Part shown: one piece after another, positions 62,863-64,000 of the stretch
Layout: the number at the start of each line of letters is the position of its first letter
Numbering within the stretch: position 1 is the first letter of the stretch
Source: an uncultured Acidobacteriota bacterium
GTDB lineage: Bacteria > Acidobacteriota > Terriglobia > Acidiferrales > UBA7541
Length of the DNA stretch: 64,000 nt
Direction: 5' to 3'
NCBI GenBank assembly: GCA_963838945.1
Contig: CAWITC010000001.1
Location: 42,074-106,073 of the forward strand
Notes under the pieces: model-generated
What the model was told of the DNA's origin: nothing
What the model saw: only the letters and a program-made list of their open reading frames with translations
Database searches by the model: none
Translations under genes and position numbers: made by a program

Positions 62863-64000
62863 CTACTGGGGCGTGCGCCGCGGAGGCGATACCGGCACAT
62901 TCAGCCCATCGTGAGGCCCCTGTCCCGTAAATGCCGAGCGCAGCACATCGCCCGCGAAGAAATTACTCCCATCCATCGGGACCATGATGATTTGCAATTT
63001 GTCGGAGAGCCGCTCCGCGATCATCTTCTGGATCAGCAGAGGATTCGCCTTCAGCGCCGCGGCCTCAAGATTCATCCGCTCCGAATCCGCGGCAGCCATC
63101 AGCCGCGTGGTGTTGGCATCGGCTTCGGCGAGTAGCCTGCGCCGCTCGACTTCCGCTTTGCTGTCAATGACCTTGGAATCCGCGGCAGCTTGCGCATTCT
63201 GGATCGTCGCTTCCTTCCGGGCTTCGGCTTCCAGGCGGCTCTGTTCGATTTGCTTCTGCTTGAGCGGGAGCGTGTACTGCATGGCGTCGGATTCCGCCTT
63301 GGCCTGCAACACATGCACCTGGGCCTGCGCTTCCGCCTGCTTGATGTCTCGCGCTTTTTGCGCTTCGGCTTCGAGCTCCGCGATCCTCACCTCTTTTTGC
63401 TTGATGTCCGTCTCAAAATTGAGCCGTTCGCTCTCCTGTTCCTTGAGGAGCATGCTCTCCAGCCCTTTGGCGTATTCCGCTGGAAGCCGGACGTCGCGCA
63501 GCACGACTTCCTTGACGATAATGCCGTCCGCCCCCAGCCGCTCGGTGATGTACTTGGAGGCCTTGGACTGGAAATCCTCGCGGTGAACGGTGAAAACGTC
63601 GCGCACCACGTAACCCGCCGCAACCTCTCTGTAAATGCTAGAGACGACCGGCGCGATCACTTCCTGCTCGATCGGCTGCGGGACATTCGAGTGAATGAAG
63701 GTGAGTCTTTGGGCGTCGAGCCGATATCGCACAGCAACGGCCAGGCCCAACGGTAATCCCTCGCGGGCTGAAACGGTCAATACGTCCTTTTTGTTTGGAC
63801 CCTGGTCTAGAGTTGCTGAGGTCGCGTAAATTTGGTCGTGGAGGTCGTACGTCGCGATGCTCTCAACGTACGGCACGATCATGTGGACGCCCGGATAAAG
63901 CGTTCCCGGCCGCACGCCGGAAATTTGGCTGACGCGTACTCCCGCGCTGCCATCCGGGACGAATGCCATGCTCTCCCCAACCAGCAATGGCACGAGCGCC
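62863..64000 (-). CDS. SPFH/band-7 (prohibitin/HflC-like) protein, 5' end probably outside window
   Basis: SPFH core (GVHMIVPYVESIATYDL..., VVLRDVRLPAEYAKGLE) followed by a long Ala/Glu/Gln coiled coil. The frame is still open at the window edge (...ALVPLLVGES). Confidence 0.85.
   Translation of the reverse strand, partial: ALVPLLVGESMAFVPDGSAGVRVSQISGVRPGTLYPGVHMIVPYVESIATYDLHDQIYATSATLDQGPNKKDVLTVSAREGLPLGLAVAVRYRLDAQRLTFIHSNVPQPIEQEVIAPVVSSIYREVAAGYVVRDVFTVHREDFQSKASKYITERLGADGIIVKEVVLRDVRLPAEYAKGLESMLLKEQESERLNFETDIKQKEVRIAELEAEAQKARDIKQAEAQAQVHVLQAKAESDAMQYTLPLKQKQIEQSRLEAEARKEATIQNAQAAADSKVIDSKAEVERRRLLAEADANTTRLMAAADSERMNLEAAALKANPLLIQKMIAERLSDKLQIIMVPMDGSNFFAGDVLRSAFTGQGPHDGLNVPVSPPRRTPQ

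Noticed and set aside
1-64000. Many long ORFs antisense to, or out of frame with, recognisable genes (for example 3523-4188, 18624-19256, 22154-23215, 31528-32568, 42127-43266, 46555-47571, 60043-61050)
   Set aside because: Open frames on the opposite strand are typical of high-GC DNA. Their translations are Arg/Ala/Gly/Pro-rich without motifs, and each lies opposite a gene with clear family signatures.
1-64000. Search for CRISPR arrays, rRNA genes, IS elements, transposases, integrases and phage genes
   Set aside because: None were seen. The only short repeats are the hairpin element, low-complexity coding repeats and small promoter-region repeats.

Overview
High-GC (about 60% by eye) chromosomal segment that looks like Acidobacteriota. 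It carries families typical of that phylum: two tandem ADOP-type duplicated FtsX/MacB permeases, two tandem VWA-domain proteins of the 'VWFA-related acidobacterial' type, a ~1200-aa CarboxypepD_reg/TonB-dependent-receptor-like outer-membrane protein, and three sigma-54 enhancer-binding proteins (bEBPs). I call about 50 protein genes and one tRNA-Gln(CUG). I found no rRNA, CRISPR array, transposase or IS. Content by position: (1) 1-9 kb, TonB tail, SDR, a GH63-like glucosidase translationally coupled to a GT2, a methyltransferase pair and a GT2/GT21-like glycosyltransferase. (2) 9-14 kb, a MacA/MacB/TolC-type efflux operon with no ATPase gene. (3) 14-19 kb, two ABC-2 transporter operons. (4) 20-25 kb, a sigma-54 dependent multi-step phosphorelay operon. 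(5) 25-37 kb, envelope proteins (BNR/Asp-box propeller, OmpA, orphan VirB10/TrbI-like protein, polysaccharide deacetylase), a second bEBP/kinase pair and thiO. (6) 37-46 kb, giant OMP plus two VWA paralogs. (7) 46-52 kb, an operon of hypothetical protein, SBP, NtrY-like kinase and bEBP. (8) 52-61 kb, tricorn-type S41 protease and two ADOP permeases. (9) 61-64 kb, a low-GC wHTH-MNT/HEPN toxin-antitoxin islet and an SPFH protein. Most interesting observations: a 45-nt hairpin element occurs four times, three copies base-identical, and separates the protease, ADOP1, ADOP2 and TA units like cassette boundaries. Both ADOP genes have a conserved ECF-type promoter. Three good sigma-54 -24/-12 promoters are present. 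A phosphorelay operon contains a catalytic-domain-less HisKA protein, an unlisted 38-codon membrane peptide and a hybrid kinase split by a 1-nt frameshift in a G6 run. The OMP and one VWA paralog carry Gly/Arg-rich insertions. No known defence or mobile system is recognisable apart from the TA pair. All functional calls rest on motif recognition by eye, not on database searches.
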